In this document: piece by piece, positions 28,028 to 41,513 of the stretch
Layout: each line of letters opens with the position of its first letter
Numbering within the stretch: the first letter of the stretch is position 1
Assembly: GCF_009834535.1 (NCBI RefSeq)
Contig: NC_045696.1
Location: 60,948,001-61,012,000 of the forward strand
Source: Camelus ferus
Taxonomy: Eukaryota
Direction: 5' to 3'
DNA: 64,000 nucleotides
Notes under the pieces: generated by a model
What the model saw: the letters and a program-made list of their open reading frames with translations, nothing else
Databases searched by the model: none
What the model was told of the DNA's origin: nothing
Translations under genes and position numbers: made by a program

Positions 28028-28154
28028 CTGTTTTCCAACACTATTTATGTCAAATTGTAGGGGGACACCTTTAGGAACTTTCTTTACATCAGATTGCTCT
28101 CGTTTTGTCAAGAATGAGGGTACAGCAGTACGAGTTAATCGTGGTTTCTGAGTT
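28028..28154 (-). CDS. FYTTD1: FYTTD1 exon 8
   Basis: CAG|A...[48 protein letters not shown]; 127 nt, in phase. Confidence 0.96.
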
Positions 28155-28289
28155 CTGTTAGGAAAAAATTAAAATTAAATGAGACCAGCTTAACAATCAA
28201 AAGAAGAAAAATAAATCATTTGGTATACAAGACATCTTGACTTGTACACATGTTCAAATGTGTGAGGGCTACTTTATTTACTGTATACT

Positions 28290-30160
28290 GTGAAAGTATA
28301 GGTGATTTACACAATATTGTGTTAGTTTTAGATGTACAGCAGTGACTCAGTATTTTTGCAGATTATATTCCATTATAGGTTGTTACAATATACAATATAT
28401 CCTTGTTGCTTATCTATTTTGTATATAATAAGTCTGTATCTATTAATCTCATACCCCTAATTTGCTCCTTCCCCCTCCCCTTTTGTAACCACAAGTTTGT
28501 TTTCTATGTCTGTGAGTCTGTTTCTGCTTTGTATGTACATTCATTTATATTTTTCAGATTCTGCATAAAAGTGATATCATATATTGTCTTCCTCTGACTT
28601 ATTTCACAAGGCATAACATTCTCTAGGTCCATTCACACTGCTGCAAATGACAGTATTTCATTCTTTTTATGGCTGAGTAATATTCCACTGTATATATTCT
28701 ATATTTCATACACACACTACATCTTCTTAAGCCAATCATCTATTGATGAGCACTTGGGTTGCTTCCATGTTTTGGCTATTGAAAATAGTGCTGCTATGAA
28801 CACTGGGGTACACAGTGTCTTGAATTAGTGTCTTTGTTTTTTCCAGATACATACTCAGGAGTGGAATTGCTGGATTATATGGCAATTCTATTTTTAGTTT
28901 TTTAAGGAACTTCTATACTGTTTTCCACAGTGGCTGCACCAATTTACAAACAGTGTACAAGGGTTCTGCTCTTTTCACATCCTCTCCAAGTTATTTGTAG
29001 ACTTTTTGATGATGGCTATTCTGACAGGTGTGAGGTAGTCTCTCACTGTGGTTGTGAGTTGCATCTCTCTAATAATTAATAATGTTGAGCATTTTTTCAT
29101 GTGCCTGATACCCATCTGTATGTCTTCTTTGGAAAAATGTCTAGTCAGAAAAATAGCAGAAGCTCCATTTTTTGATTGGATTGTTTGGGTTTTTTGACAT
29201 TGAACTCTATGAGCTGTTTGAATATCTTGGATACTAACTTCTTGTCAGTTGCATCATTTGCAAATATCTTCTCCGATTCCATAGGTTGTCTTTTCATTTT
29301 GTTGATAGGTTTCCTTTGCTGTACAAAAGCTTTTAAGTTTAGTTAGGCCCCATTTGTTTATTTTTGCTTTTATTTCTTGTGCCTTGGGAGACTAATCTGA
29401 AAAAGTATTAGTTACAATTTATGTCAGAGTGTTTCATGTATGTTCTCTTCTAGGGGTTTTATGGTCTCATATCTTAAATGTAGGTCTTTAAACCATTTTG
29501 AGTTTATGTATACAGTGTGAGGGAATGTTCTAATTTCATTGTTTTACATGTGGCCTTCCAGTTTTCCCAGCACCACTTGTTGAAGAGACTGTCTTTTCTT
29601 CATTGTATACTTCTGCCTCCTTTGTCATAGACTAATTGACCATAGGTGTGTGGCTTTATTTCTGAGCTCTCTTTTCTGTTCTACTGATCCGTGTGTTTGT
29701 TTTTGTGCCAGTACCAGACTGTTTCAATTTCTATACTTTTGTAGTACAGTCTGAAGTCTGATAAGAGTTTTATCTCCAGCTTTGTTCTTTTTTCTCAGGA
29801 TTGCTTTGGTAATTTGGATCTCCTGTAGATCCATAAACATTTTTAGGATTTTTTGTTCTAGTTCTGTGAAAAATGTCTATACCTTAGGCAACATTCTGAT
29901 AGGGACTGCATTAAATCTGTAGATTGCTTTGGGTAGTATGGCAACTTAAGTAATATTAATTCTTCCAATACAAGAACATGGGATTATCTTTCCATTTTTT
30001 TGAATCATCTTCAATTTCCTTTATTAGTGTTTTATAGTTTTCAGCATATAGGTCTTTCACTTCCTTGTTTAAGTTTATTCCAGGTTTTTTTAATAGCAAT
30101 TTTAAACAAGACTGTTTTTCTGTATATTAATCTTGTATCCTGCAACCTTGCTGAATTAAA
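28290..30160 (-). mobile_element. 5'-truncated older LINE-1 (ORF2 3' part and 3'UTR)
   Basis: Antisense L1 hallmarks (TTTTTATGGCTGAGTAATATTCCA, CAGCACCACTTGTTGAAGAGACTGTC, CTGTAGATTGCTTTGGGTAGTATGG); many disruptions. Confidence 0.9.
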
Positions 30161-31345
30161 AAAAATACTTGATTCTTAACTGACTAATCTAGAGACTAAA
30201 ATTTATAAACTGCTCACAGAATCTATGTAAGTAGAACTATAAACTTTTCAACAAATTGGAGTAATTAGTAATTTCCAGGTCATGATCATCTACCAAAATA
30301 AAGCAACCTCTAAAATCTTAAGAGAATCATCCTACGTTTTCACTTCAATCATTAAAATGGCTGGATACATAAAAGAAACTCTGTAAATACAGAAAGTTTT
30401 TTTTTAATATTTAATATTTAATTTTCTTTTTAAAATATGTTCACTGTGACTCACAGAATTTACTTCATTACCTACTAATGGGCAACACACATATTGTGAA
30501 GAACATCAACACAGAGACATTTTCCTCTGCTGTGTTAGAAGCTTGAGAATGTCTGTTTGATGATCAAAGAAACCAGCCAATCTGCTCGACAGCTGGCTGG
30601 TACAGGACTCTAAGTGGTAAGTATATAGCTTAGATTTTCATTCCTGATACTTTTTGATGGGAAAAGTTTAAGAGTACCAGTTATGTTATGGTCTAGTGAG
30701 GATCCAATGAGACTTTCCATGGCTAGGTCAACTATCAGGTTGGATTTAACAATATGGCATTAGAACTTTCTTGGAATACATCATTGACCTCCAGCCCAGT
30801 GCTGCAAGTCTCACATCTCCCCCAACAAACTGGAGTTGAGCTCACCCTCCATACCTTAGGCAACATCACTTCCAGCCTCAACCTAGAAAGCTTGTAACGC
30901 AATAAATATAATGGAATGGTCATCCAGATATAAAAGAATACACTATGAAGTCTTTAAAAAGAAGGTAGATCTTTATGTACTGGAAAGTAAAGAAGTGCAA
31001 AATATATTAGGGGGGAGAAGGAAGCAAGTATGTATTGTATTACCTCATTTATGATCACACACAAAAAAACCATATGTACGTATTATGTTATACATGCACC
31101 AAATTTTTTAAATGAATATATGATTTTGTTAAAAGTGGTTACTTTGGGGCCGTAGAAAAAGAAATCTAGGGAGCTTTCACTTTTAACCTTATACTATATT
31201 ATTTCCGTGTTGTACCGTAAGTATTACTTTTATTCTTGTCTCAGTTTACCCTACCTTGGACATCATCTGAGGAGAAGATGAATACTTTCCTATGATCTTA
31301 TGTACTGAGAGGTTATAATTTTTGCAAAATAAAGAAAAGACTTAC

Positions 31346-31420
31346 ACTGGGCACTGCACTGCTCCTGGATTATCAATAGATACAGTCAAAATTCCTCCAT
31401 TTGTGGTGGAAGTCCGCCAC
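31346..31420 (-). CDS. FYTTD1: FYTTD1 exon 7
   Basis: TAG|G TGG CGG...: WRTSTTNGGILTVSIDNPGAVQCP(V)|GTAAG; 75 nt. Confidence 0.96.
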
Positions 31421-32917
31421 CTAGTTTCAAAAAACCAAAAACTTCATTAAAATGGAAGTTTATAAATCTTATAGTGTATTCCACATAAAAACATACATTT
31501 TAAAATAGCCATTATTTTTTCTTAGCTTTTAGGAAATACAGATACCTGGGCCCCACCATTAATCAATCAGCATCCTGGGTGTAGGAACTGGACACCTGAA
31601 TTTATTAAATGTTTTTTAGTTAACAAATATATGTACCTTAAAAAAAAACATCAAATACAGAAAGGTTGCCAATGAAAAGCAACAGTCTGTTTCCCCACTA
31701 TCCTTCCCATCCCTTCTCCCCAGAGGGAACACTTTTCAATCTTTCCTGTTTTTGCTGCTTGCTAGCTACCTCCAGTTCACTAAGCAAGATGTTTATGTAA
31801 TAATAACTTACTATGGTAAGGATTCAGCTCATCACACTATCCTCTAGTTTCCCTTCCTACCCCTAAAGTTTTGATGGCTACATCATTATTTTATTTCTAT
31901 TATAACTTTTAAATATATTTAAATCTTTTTCAACAGTGTCTCTTGACATCATCCCCTTTTCACTTCGTATGAAAGGACAGTAGTATCTATAATTCCTTCC
32001 TTCCACCTCTTCTCCCACTTTGTACTTTCCACTTTCCATCAGCTGTACTTTGATATTTATGTTGGTAAAATCTAACATTAATATTACAATGTTACCAAAT
32101 TAAGAATTCTGTGCTTTGTGCTACAGATTGACTCTCAAAGTTCAAAACAAGTAAACAGCATTTATATTATTACAATTATGTAAATACTGTTCATTGCAGA
32201 AGCTATTAGGCCATGATTACCATTTCTTTCCTTACGGTTTCCAATGTTTGACTCCTGTGCAAAAGAATACTGCTAGCATCAAGTTCAAATAGTTGTCCTT
32301 CTTATATTCTGATTGCTCAAAACCATGCCCATTTTAGATGGCATCATATCTGGACCATGATCAAGTTTTATGTTTTGTTTCCTCAGAAGTAGCCATAATG
32401 TTAAATTATTTCATCTCAAAAACTGATCATATTAATGGAATGTTATGTCTCACACTTGAGAAGTATAATTCTAATAGACAAAAATATATTCTTAAAAAAA
32501 CCTTTATGGGGTAAAGGGAAAAAAAGAGTATGTGAAAAGAAAACATCCTATTGTTCTTAAAAATTTACACATTTTCCAGAAGCTCTATTTATTGCCTGAA
32601 TAGGTTCATTTGTATGAAAGTAGTTATAGAAAATAAAGAGCTATTTCATTAAAAAGGAATAAACAGGCATTAAAAAATTTTTTTGAATAGAATAATGTAT
32701 TTGGTGCTAAAATTGTTACAACACTGATATGGGAAAATGCAAAAGTTTTGAGGGAAAAAACAGACAAAAACAAAATAGGATTTATTTATTTCAGGCTCAA
32801 TGGTTAATCTACTTTGGGTCTCATTTAATTTCTCTTTAACTGGGGCACACAGTAATTGGGTTACCTAGTATTCTGGGAGTTTTGAAATGACATCTTGAAA
32901 AACAAATTGAAACTTAC

Positions 32918-32979
32918 TGACGAGTTCTCTTTGCTACTACATCGTCTAGCAGTTGTTCTGTGTTCAACTGGGCCTGAAC
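32918..32979 (-). CDS. FYTTD1: FYTTD1 exon 6
   Basis: CAG|VQAQLNTEQLLDDVVAKRTR(Q)|GTAAGT; 62 nt. Confidence 0.96.
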
Positions 32980-33391
32980 CTGAAGGGGAAAAAAAAAGCA
33001 GTAGATCCCACAGAAAGCAGAGGACTTGAATCCAAAGACCTATCCTCCTCTGTAACTTTAAACCAGTGTAGTGTGTGTACAAATGCAGGAAAGGAGTATG
33101 TGCCTATTCTGACAACACTTCTTTGTTGGGGTTCCAGTAACAGAACAAGTAGTAAAAACAAGTTTATCCCTAAATAACATGTCAAATTCTTACAAGACAT
33201 TGCCATTGAGGACAATAGAAGAGAGAACAGGAGAAAAAAAAAAAGAATTAATCTAATGTCATGTTCTCCATATCCTAAACCCAAACTCTACCTCATTCAG
33301 GGGCCATATCTATTCCTGAGGATTATTTAAGGTGGATGTTCAGGATCCTTTGTTTGGGTAAAAAGAAAACACTGCCAAGGGTTTTTTATAC

Positions 33392-33488
33392 CTTAAGGCC
33401 TCTTCTGAAAAGAAAAGTTGCCTGACGAGTGTCCTTCTGATGACTTAATTTATTTCCACTTCTGGTAAAATTGGCTGGAATGTTATTT
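33392..33488 (-). CDS. FYTTD1: FYTTD1 exon 5
   Basis: CAG|A..NNIPANFTRSGNKLSHQKDTRQATFLFRRGLK|GTATAA; 97 nt. Confidence 0.96.
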
Positions 33489-35018
33489 CTGCAACAAAAA
33501 CACATAAACCATGAACAGTCTAGGCCACTTAACAACTTTCAAACATCTTGAGAAGAAAAAAGCAAAAATAGTTAAAACTCATAGGCTGAAAATTTGAGGT
33601 ACACTAAAGACTCACGAAGGTATACTACACAAGGACTCTGAATTATATCCTTGTTTACCTGAAGATACTGCGATCTGATTTACAAGTATCTCCCTCTGTA
33701 GCATATTACATAATAATCTGGTTAATTCTGAACTAATTCATCTTTCATATATTCAACTTTCTAATGTTCCAACATTTAAGGTCTCTTGTGAAGACATTAA
33801 AAATAAAATTTAAATGCTATTTCCTAAATTTGGTAAAAGATAAAAAATGTACAGATTAACAAAATTATTACAAAGAAAATCACACCTAGGCACATCATTG
33901 CGAAACTGCGGAAAACCAAAAATGAAATCTTGAAACATAAGATCTTTTCCAATTTTCTCTCCTCCGCACAGAAGCCTTCATATATTATTATAAATCACAT
34001 AGAAACTTACACTCTTCCACTGTTTGCTCCTTTCTTGCACAAAACAATATAATCTTAATTATGTTTGACTTGATTTTCACCAATTTCCTTCTAGTTTCTA
34101 TAGAAAGTTGGTAAAATATGAGAAAACAAATTTCACATTTATCTACTTATTTATTTTTATAAATAAATGTTTAACAGGTGTCACCTCATCTTACCACCAA
34201 TCTTATAGAAGCTCAAATGCAAAATTTCCCTTGCCAGCCCAATTAACATGGGCTCATTAATAGCTCTTGTAGTTAACAAGCTCTCATTTGAGAAGTTCCC
34301 CTTTTCCAAGAAGTACTCCCAAATGATTCCCAAAACAAAAAGAGATGATAATGAAGTAAAACTGCAATTGTAGCCATTCCAGTTATACAAAAACTTCATT
34401 TCAGGGTTTTGTTGTTCTGAATTATCGTCTACAAGAGATGAATAAATGGTATTTGAAGCTGAAATAATAAAACTTCACAGACTTAACTTCCTGTCTGTCC
34501 ACTTTACCCTTACAGAGAATAGAATGTCATAACAATAGGTCACAATTTTAAAGTTTTGTTATATTTTCAATTTAATACAAAAATAATTTCAGCTTAAGAA
34601 GCATTCATGAGAATTTTTTTCTAGTTAGCATTTCCTGCAAATAATACATTCTATTAAGAGCCATTGAGACTGTGTAACAAATTCAGCTTTCAGAATTCTC
34701 AATTTTGAATAATTCTGGCTGAGATGTTTTTACCAAAACAATCATCTTTTACAATTTTATTCTATATGTCAAGAGAGGCTTTTTTAAAAAGTTTAATATT
34801 AGTTAAACTCATCAGTAACACTGGATCTAAAAAATAAGAAAGCTATTACTGAATGCTTCCATATCAGATGTGTAGATAGACATCCTAAATGTCTGTATTG
34901 AAAATGACCAAATAACTACAAGCATCACTGAAAATCCATTCCTTTGAACACTCAGCACAAGAAGTGCATCTTTATTTATGAAGGATAACATATTATTGTC
35001 TTGTATTTGAGTACTTAC

Positions 35019-35131
35019 TTTCTATTTAACTGGTTAGGTCTCTTGAGAACTGCAACTGGTTTTCTCTGCACTTCATTTTGTCTCAGAAGGTTTGCCTTCC
35101 TTTTTAACGCTGGAAAATACCGTTCTATATT
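35019..35131 (-). CDS. FYTTD1: FYTTD1 exon 4
   Basis: AAG|NIERYFPALKRKANLLRQNEVQRKPVAVLKRPNQLNR(K)|GTAAGT; 113 nt. Confidence 0.96.
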
Positions 35132-36399
35132 CTTTCAGAAGGCAAGAAACTATGTTAATTGGATTGCTTTTTGCTCTATACCCTACTACAACAAACATTT
35201 CTGAGGCAGAATGGACAGTGACTGACCACTGCTTAGATGTACAGGTTAGAGACAGAAAAGCCAAAACAACTTGAGTATTTCTAGTCTACGGACAAAAAAG
35301 ATAACCACATTATACTTAAGATACTTGTAACCAAAGAAAAATTCACACAGATGAATGTATTTTTTCTATTTTGGATATGTTCAGTTTGAAGTACTCCGGG
35401 TGATGCACAGGTGATGAAGAAACATGGCTCTGGAGCTCAAGAGGAGAATCAGAGAGCCAGAGATGTAAACTAAGGAATCTTTTATATTAATATGATTTTT
35501 TATATCAAGTGAAGGGATAAAACAGCCAAGTTCTGAAACTAATGTGTGAGAAGGAAAAAAAAGAGGAGGCTGTGGTAGCAAAGAAGCCTGACTAGAAATG
35601 GCTACAGAAAAAAAAAGGAATTAAGAAAATCAGTATCATAGCAAACAAGCACATGAAATGTCTATTTTTTCCCCCTCCACATATATTAATTCAATCCATC
35701 ATTAACGTCTAATTCAGGTTTCCACACTTTCCATGAAATCTTTCCAAAAGTCTTTTGACAATACAGACCGTATCTTATACTTAACCTGGATTCCCTTATA
35801 TTTTAAGCATATGAAAAGTACTTCATAAATATCAACTGACTAAAAAACACAAAAATTAGAAGTTCTCATTTTCATAAACATTTGTAAAAGAAATTGAAAA
35901 ACAGTGATAAAAAATACCAAGAATATAGGAGAAATGTTGTGAAATCAGACTAACAGTGGCCCATTCTGAGCTTTGTATTCTGTCTTTAATAATAACACCA
36001 AGGACTATTTTATAGGTAAATGTGAAAGTTCCATGACGTTATTGTCACATATTACTTTCCTTCAAAGTATCTGCCATACTATAATCATACAGTTATCTGT
36101 GTGATAATTTATATAATAGTCACTTGAGTTCTCCATGAGTACAGCGATTTTCTATTGAGTTACTGAAGAATCCCTTGCATCTAGGATATACTGAGTATTC
36201 AGTCAACGTGAGTAAAATGATGAATACAAGGATAAAAGTTGTAACAAACCATTAATACATGGTGAATTTGTGTTCCAAGGATCTAAGGTTTGTACATGTG
36301 TATAAAAGTGTTCACAAAATCTAGGGAGTAAGTTTTTCTCACACCATTTTGATATAAAAAATTATTCCTTGAGGGAAAGAAACTATTTAGTTTAATGTT

Positions 36400-36745
36400 A
36401 TTAAAGTATTATTATACACAAAATTTTAAGTGTACAGTTAAATAAATTTGGATAATTACATATAATCATGTATGCACATCACAATCAAGTACCTTCACCC
36501 TAAAATGTTTCCTTGTGCTTCCCCCAAGTCAATTCCCTTCCTTCACCTGACTCTCACCCCAGGCAATAACTTATCTGTCACTTACCATTTAGCCTTTTCT
36601 ACCATTTCAAATATATGGTATCACAGTACATAGTCTTTGGTGTTTGACTTCTTTTGCTTAGAATGACGTTTTGAAATGTATCCATGCTGTCCTGTGTATT
36701 AACATTTATTCCTTTTTTATTGTTGAATAGAATTCCACAGTATGA
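36400..36745 (-). mobile_element. Old L1M 3'-end fragment
   Basis: TTTTAAGTGTACAGTT..CACAATCAAG..CCCCAGGCAA..ATCCATGCTGT..TTTTTATTGTTGAATAGAATTCC. Confidence 0.65.
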
Positions 36746-38241
36746 AGATAAGGTATTTATAAACCGTCAAAATCAGACAAATGACTAAAACTACCCATTA
36801 GCAGAAAATAACTGGTAAATATGCAGCAACAACAATTTTTTTTTTAAGTTCACAGAAGCACTAAAAGATTTAGTATTATTAGAGTCAACTTAAAAGTTAC
36901 ACAAAATAGAACATATCCTCAGCTTTGGGAAATTCTGAATCTAAAAGGGAAAAGTTATAGAACTGACATTGACAAGGTTATATATTCAGGTAGAAGAATC
37001 CCTTAAGAACTTAAACTCAACTTTCACTTGGCAGATATTTTAAGTTGATTCTAAATAAAAAGAAAATTCATTCTTAGAAACAACCATTCCTCTCCTAGCA
37101 CAGTCATTTGTTCTCTCAGTAAATACTAGTAATGTAAGTAAGTATGCTATCTTTCCTTACTTAGTAATTCACTTCATAGGTAAGAAAATGCAATTTTATT
37201 GACATAAAATCTCACTAATTCATATAAAGTATGGAAAGGCAGAGATAAAGTAACGAAAAGTCTAATTATGGTCAAGACTTTTTTAAAGGAAATTTCCAAG
37301 TATATGTAGCAATTCAAAGACAATTAAATTATTTAGGTAGTTTGTTTAATGACTAGAAAAGGCTGGTTATTTGCTAGAAAGTGATCTGTAGCACTCACTA
37401 TATTCTCTCCTGATCAGACATTAATCTATATTCAGGTTAAAAAAGGGTTCTTAAGAAATATACCTTTTCCAAAATCATTCAAACTTTGAATAAGTGGATC
37501 TTCAGTGCATTCTGAGTATACAATAATTTAACACTTTCAATTTTCACTATTTTCAAACAACTCAAAAGACTACCACATGTGGTAATTTAAAATTTTTCTA
37601 GAGCTAGTTCTGTGATAAAGTTTTAAAGAATAGCTGTTGGTGGTAGCAGAATTGAAAAGTTAAGAGGTGAAGACAGTTGTAGTTAACCAGAACACACACA
37701 TTTAAGTAATTTAAGAAATGAATGTCCTGAATTTTTTTTAACAAATGTGTATTACTTTCATAATCAGAGAAATCAAAAGGATTTAAAAACAGAACAGTGG
37801 AACAGATTTGGTGGCTTAGATTTACTAAACATAAGAAGCTAAAGAAACCCATCTGTGAAACTATTTTCAGGAATGCTTCATTTAGCCAATTCAAAAATTA
37901 CTCATTAAGATGTAAATAAAAATTCAGTTAAAATTTGAAAAGTAGTTAACTTATGGTGGGTAAATAATTGTAACTCTTTAAACCTAAGAGAAATGAAAAC
38001 CTGTGTCCATTACAGACTTACAGGTGATATTAACAGCAAAAAAATTTGCAATACCCAAAACAGTGGAAACCACCACAGTATCCATCAAGTGGTGAATGGA
38101 TAAACAAAATATAGTATATCTATATAATAAAATATTATTCAGTAATAAAAAGAGAAAGTACTGATACATACTACAACATGATGAACCTCAAAAATACTAT
38201 GGCTAAATGCCAGCCGACATATTATTGTATGATTCCATTTA

Positions 38242-38766
38242 CAGGCATACCTCAGAGTTACTGCCAATTTGGTTCCAGATCACTGCAATAAAGCAAATAT
38301 CGCAATAAAGCCAGCCACATGAATTTTTTGGTTTCCCAGCACATATAAAAGTTATGCTTACACTATACTGTAGTCTATTAAGTGTGCCATAACATTATGT
38401 CTAAAAAAACTATCTTAAAAATACTTTATTGTTAAAAAATGCTATCATTTTATACAACATTGTAAAATGATTATAAATCAATAAAAAATGTTTAAAAAAA
38501 TGCTATCACCTAATCCTTCAGCAAGTTGTGATCTCCTTGCAATAATAACATCAAAGATCACTGATCACAGATCACCATAACAAATATCATGATCGAACAG
38601 TTGGAAATATTACAAGAATTACCAATATGAAACTGAGCAAATGCTGTTGGAAAAACGACACCAACAGACTTGCTCAAGGCAGGGTTGCAACAAATCTTCA
38701 ATTTGTAAAAAAGGCAGTATTTAGGAAGCACAATAAAGTTGATGACAGTAAAACAAGGCATGCCTG
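38242..38766 (-). mobile_element. Tigger1 internal-deletion derivative (TcMar-Tigger MITE)
   Basis: TIRs CAGGCATACCTC... and ...AAGGCATGCCTG, TA target duplication at 38240-38241 and 38767-38768. Confidence 0.88.
38448..38494 (+). mobile_element. 47-nt extreme 3' tip of an L1 inserted in the Tigger1 element
   Basis: ACAACATTGTAAAATGATTATAAATCAATAAAAAATGTTT matches the L1 ends at ~924-963 and ~52851-52890. Perfect TSD AAAAAATGCTATCA (38434-38447 / 38495-38508). Confidence 0.85.
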
Positions 38767-38784
38767 TATATGAAACGTGCAGAA

Positions 38785-41513
38785 GTTTTTCCTGTTAAGA
38801 TGGCGGAGTGGTATGACCACGAGCTTGCCTCTCCTCATGACTACAAATAAGACCACAAATGACTGCTAAACAACCATTGAGAAAAAGACTGGAACCTAGC
38901 AAAAAAGAGCCTCTTCAACTGGAAACATAAAGAGGCAACCACAGCAGGATGGTAGGAGGGGTGTGCTCACGATATAATCAGGCCTTATGACCCCCTGGGA
39001 TAATTAAGGATAATTAAGTCGCAGAGGCCCTCGCACAGGAGTGAGAGTTCTAAGCCCCACATCAGGCCCCCCAGCCCGGGGTTCCAGCATTGGGAGGAGG
39101 AAGAGACCCCAGGACACCTGGTTTTGAAGGCCAGTGGTGCATAGCTCTAGGAGCCCCATGGGACTGGGGGCAACAGAGTCTTCATTCTCTTGGGAAGCGT
39201 ACACAGAATCTCATATGCTCCAGGTCCAAGGGCAGAGGCAGTGATTTCATAGGAACCTGGGCCAGGCCTGCCTGCTAGTTTTGGAAGGTCTCCTGGGGAC
39301 ACAGAGGACAGCTGCAGCTCACTCAGGGGACATAAAAGCTCGTGGCGGACATTCCAGGAGTGCTCATCTACATGAGCTTTCCTGGAGGCTGACATTTTGA
39401 TTGAATCATTAGCACCAAGACCTAGCCCCATCCAACAGCCTGTAAGGAAGCCTCAGACCAAACAACATACTGGGTGGGAACAGACTTCCTAAGCCAAAAA
39501 GGCCTCTAGCTAAGGCTCTACCCAAAAGAGGTCCAGGATCAAGTTTCATCCAGCAGTGGGCAGGCATACAGCTCCTCCTGCCAGGAAATCTGCATAAACC
39601 TCTAGTCCAGTCTCATTCAGGAGGCAGATACCAGAAACAAGAAATCAACAATCCCAAAGCCTGTGGAAGGAGGAGACTCAAACACAGGCCAGATTCTAAC
39701 ACTGGGACCAGCTGGACCTTAACCCTTGGGTGACAAGAGATAAGTATACTGCTGGGATGCATAGGACATTTCTCCAAGGTTGAGAAACATAACTAACCTA
39801 TCTAAAAATACAAAAAGAAAGATAAATATGAGGCAACAGAGGACTATGTCCTAGGCCAAGGCAAAGATAAAATCCTAGAAGAATAAATGAGTGATGAGGA
39901 GATAGGCAATGTATCTGAGAAAGAGTTTAAAGTAATGATGGCAAAGATATTCAGACAACTCAAGAGGAATATAGATGCATAGAGTGAAGTTTTAGCAAAG
40001 AGTTGGAAAATACAAAGAATATCCAGAGTTGAAGAATAAAATCACTGAAATGAACAACATGCTAGAAGGAATCAAGAATAGAATAAATGAGGCAGAAGGA
40101 CAGATCAGTGAGCTAGAAGACAGGTTAGTGGAGATCATTACTGCAGAACAGAAAAAAGAATGAAAAGAAATGAGGATAGTTTAAGAGAACTCTGGGACAA
40201 CATGAAGCACACTAATATTCACATTACAGGGGTCTCAGAAAGAGAAGAGAGAAAGGACCTGAGAAAAAATTTGGAGAGTTAACTGAAAACATCCCCAACT
40301 TGAGAAAGGACACAGTCACCCAAGTCCAGGAAGCGCAGAGAGTTCCATACAAGATCAACCCAAAGAGGAACACTCTGAGGCACATAGTCATCACGTTGAC
40401 AAAAACTAAGGATAAGGAGAAAATATTAAAATTAGCAAGAGAAAAGCAACAAATAACATGCAAGGGAACTCCTATAAGGTTATCAGCTGATTTTTCAGTA
40501 GAAATTCTATAAGCCAGAAGGGACTGGAAAGATATATTTAAAGTGATGAAAGGGAAAAACCTACAACCAAGAATACTCTATCCAGCAAAGCTCTCGTTCA
40601 GATTTGATGGAGAAATCAAGAGCTTCACAGATAAACAAAAGCTAAAAGAATTCAGCACCACCAAACCAGCTTTACAACAAATGTTAAAGGAACTTCTCCA
40701 GTCATCAAACCAGACGAAAAGAGAACAAAAAGAAGAAAAAAGAAAGAAAGAAAAAGACCCACAAAAGATTGCTTTGTCAGTTCGGGGTCTTTTATGGTTC
40801 AATATAAATTTTGGAATTCTTTGTTCTAGTTCTGTGAAAATGTGAGTACTGTGACACGGGTTGCAATGGATCTGTAGATTGCTTTGAGTAGTACAGCCAT
40901 TTTCATGATGTTGATTCTTCCAACCCAAGAGCACAAGATATCTTTCCATTTCTTTGTATCATCTTCAATTTACTTCATCAATGTTTTACAGTTTTCAGAG
41001 TACATAGATAACCTCCTTGGTTAAGTTTATTCTAGGTATTCTGTTGTTTTTGATGCAATGGAAATGTTACTGTCAGTTATAAAATTCTGGTTTTTGAAGT
41101 GGAAAAAAAAGTGAATGAAGGGCTGCAAATGGCAAAATATCCTTCTTTCTTATGGGTGAGTTGTATTTCATTACATACATAAGCTGCATCTTCTTTATCC
41201 ATTCATCTATTGATGCACACTTAGGATGCTTCCATATCTTGGCAATTATAAATAATGTTGCTGTTAATAGTGGGGTGTATATATCTTTTTGAATTAATTC
41301 TTATTTTATGGTTGGCTTTATTTCCTTTGGTAGCTATGTAAGTTTAAAAAGCTAAAGCTCTAAACATTCTTAGAAATAATGAATAGTGTACGTATGTAAA
41401 TTTAAAAAAATATGTGCAGTATGTTGTATATATGTATACATGCAATATATTGCACATGCACAGTCAAACTGTAACAATTCTATCTAGTAAAACTGAAAAA
41501 TGGAAAAAAAAAA
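38785..41513 (+). mobile_element. Full-length composite half-L1-like (HAL1-like) non-autonomous retroelement
   Basis: YY1 site AAGATGGCGG (38797-38806), ~1-kb 5'UTR, decayed ORF1 (~39828-40701), antisense ORF2 pieces (~40765-41062, ~41122-41295), AT-rich tail, poly(A). TSD GAAA(C/T)GTGCAGAA at 38772-38784 / 41514-41526. Confidence 0.9.

Noticed and set aside
40578..40949. 123-aa ORF (and 5001..5312) as a novel chimeric protein of the half-L1 element
   Set aside because: Out-of-frame ORF2 joined to antisense ORF1; starts and stops differ between the two copies.
4463..41513. Large inverted repeat or segmental duplication between ~4.5-5.8 kb and ~40.2-41.5 kb
   Set aside because: Similarity stops at each copy's own TSD and poly(A), indicating independent retrotransposition.
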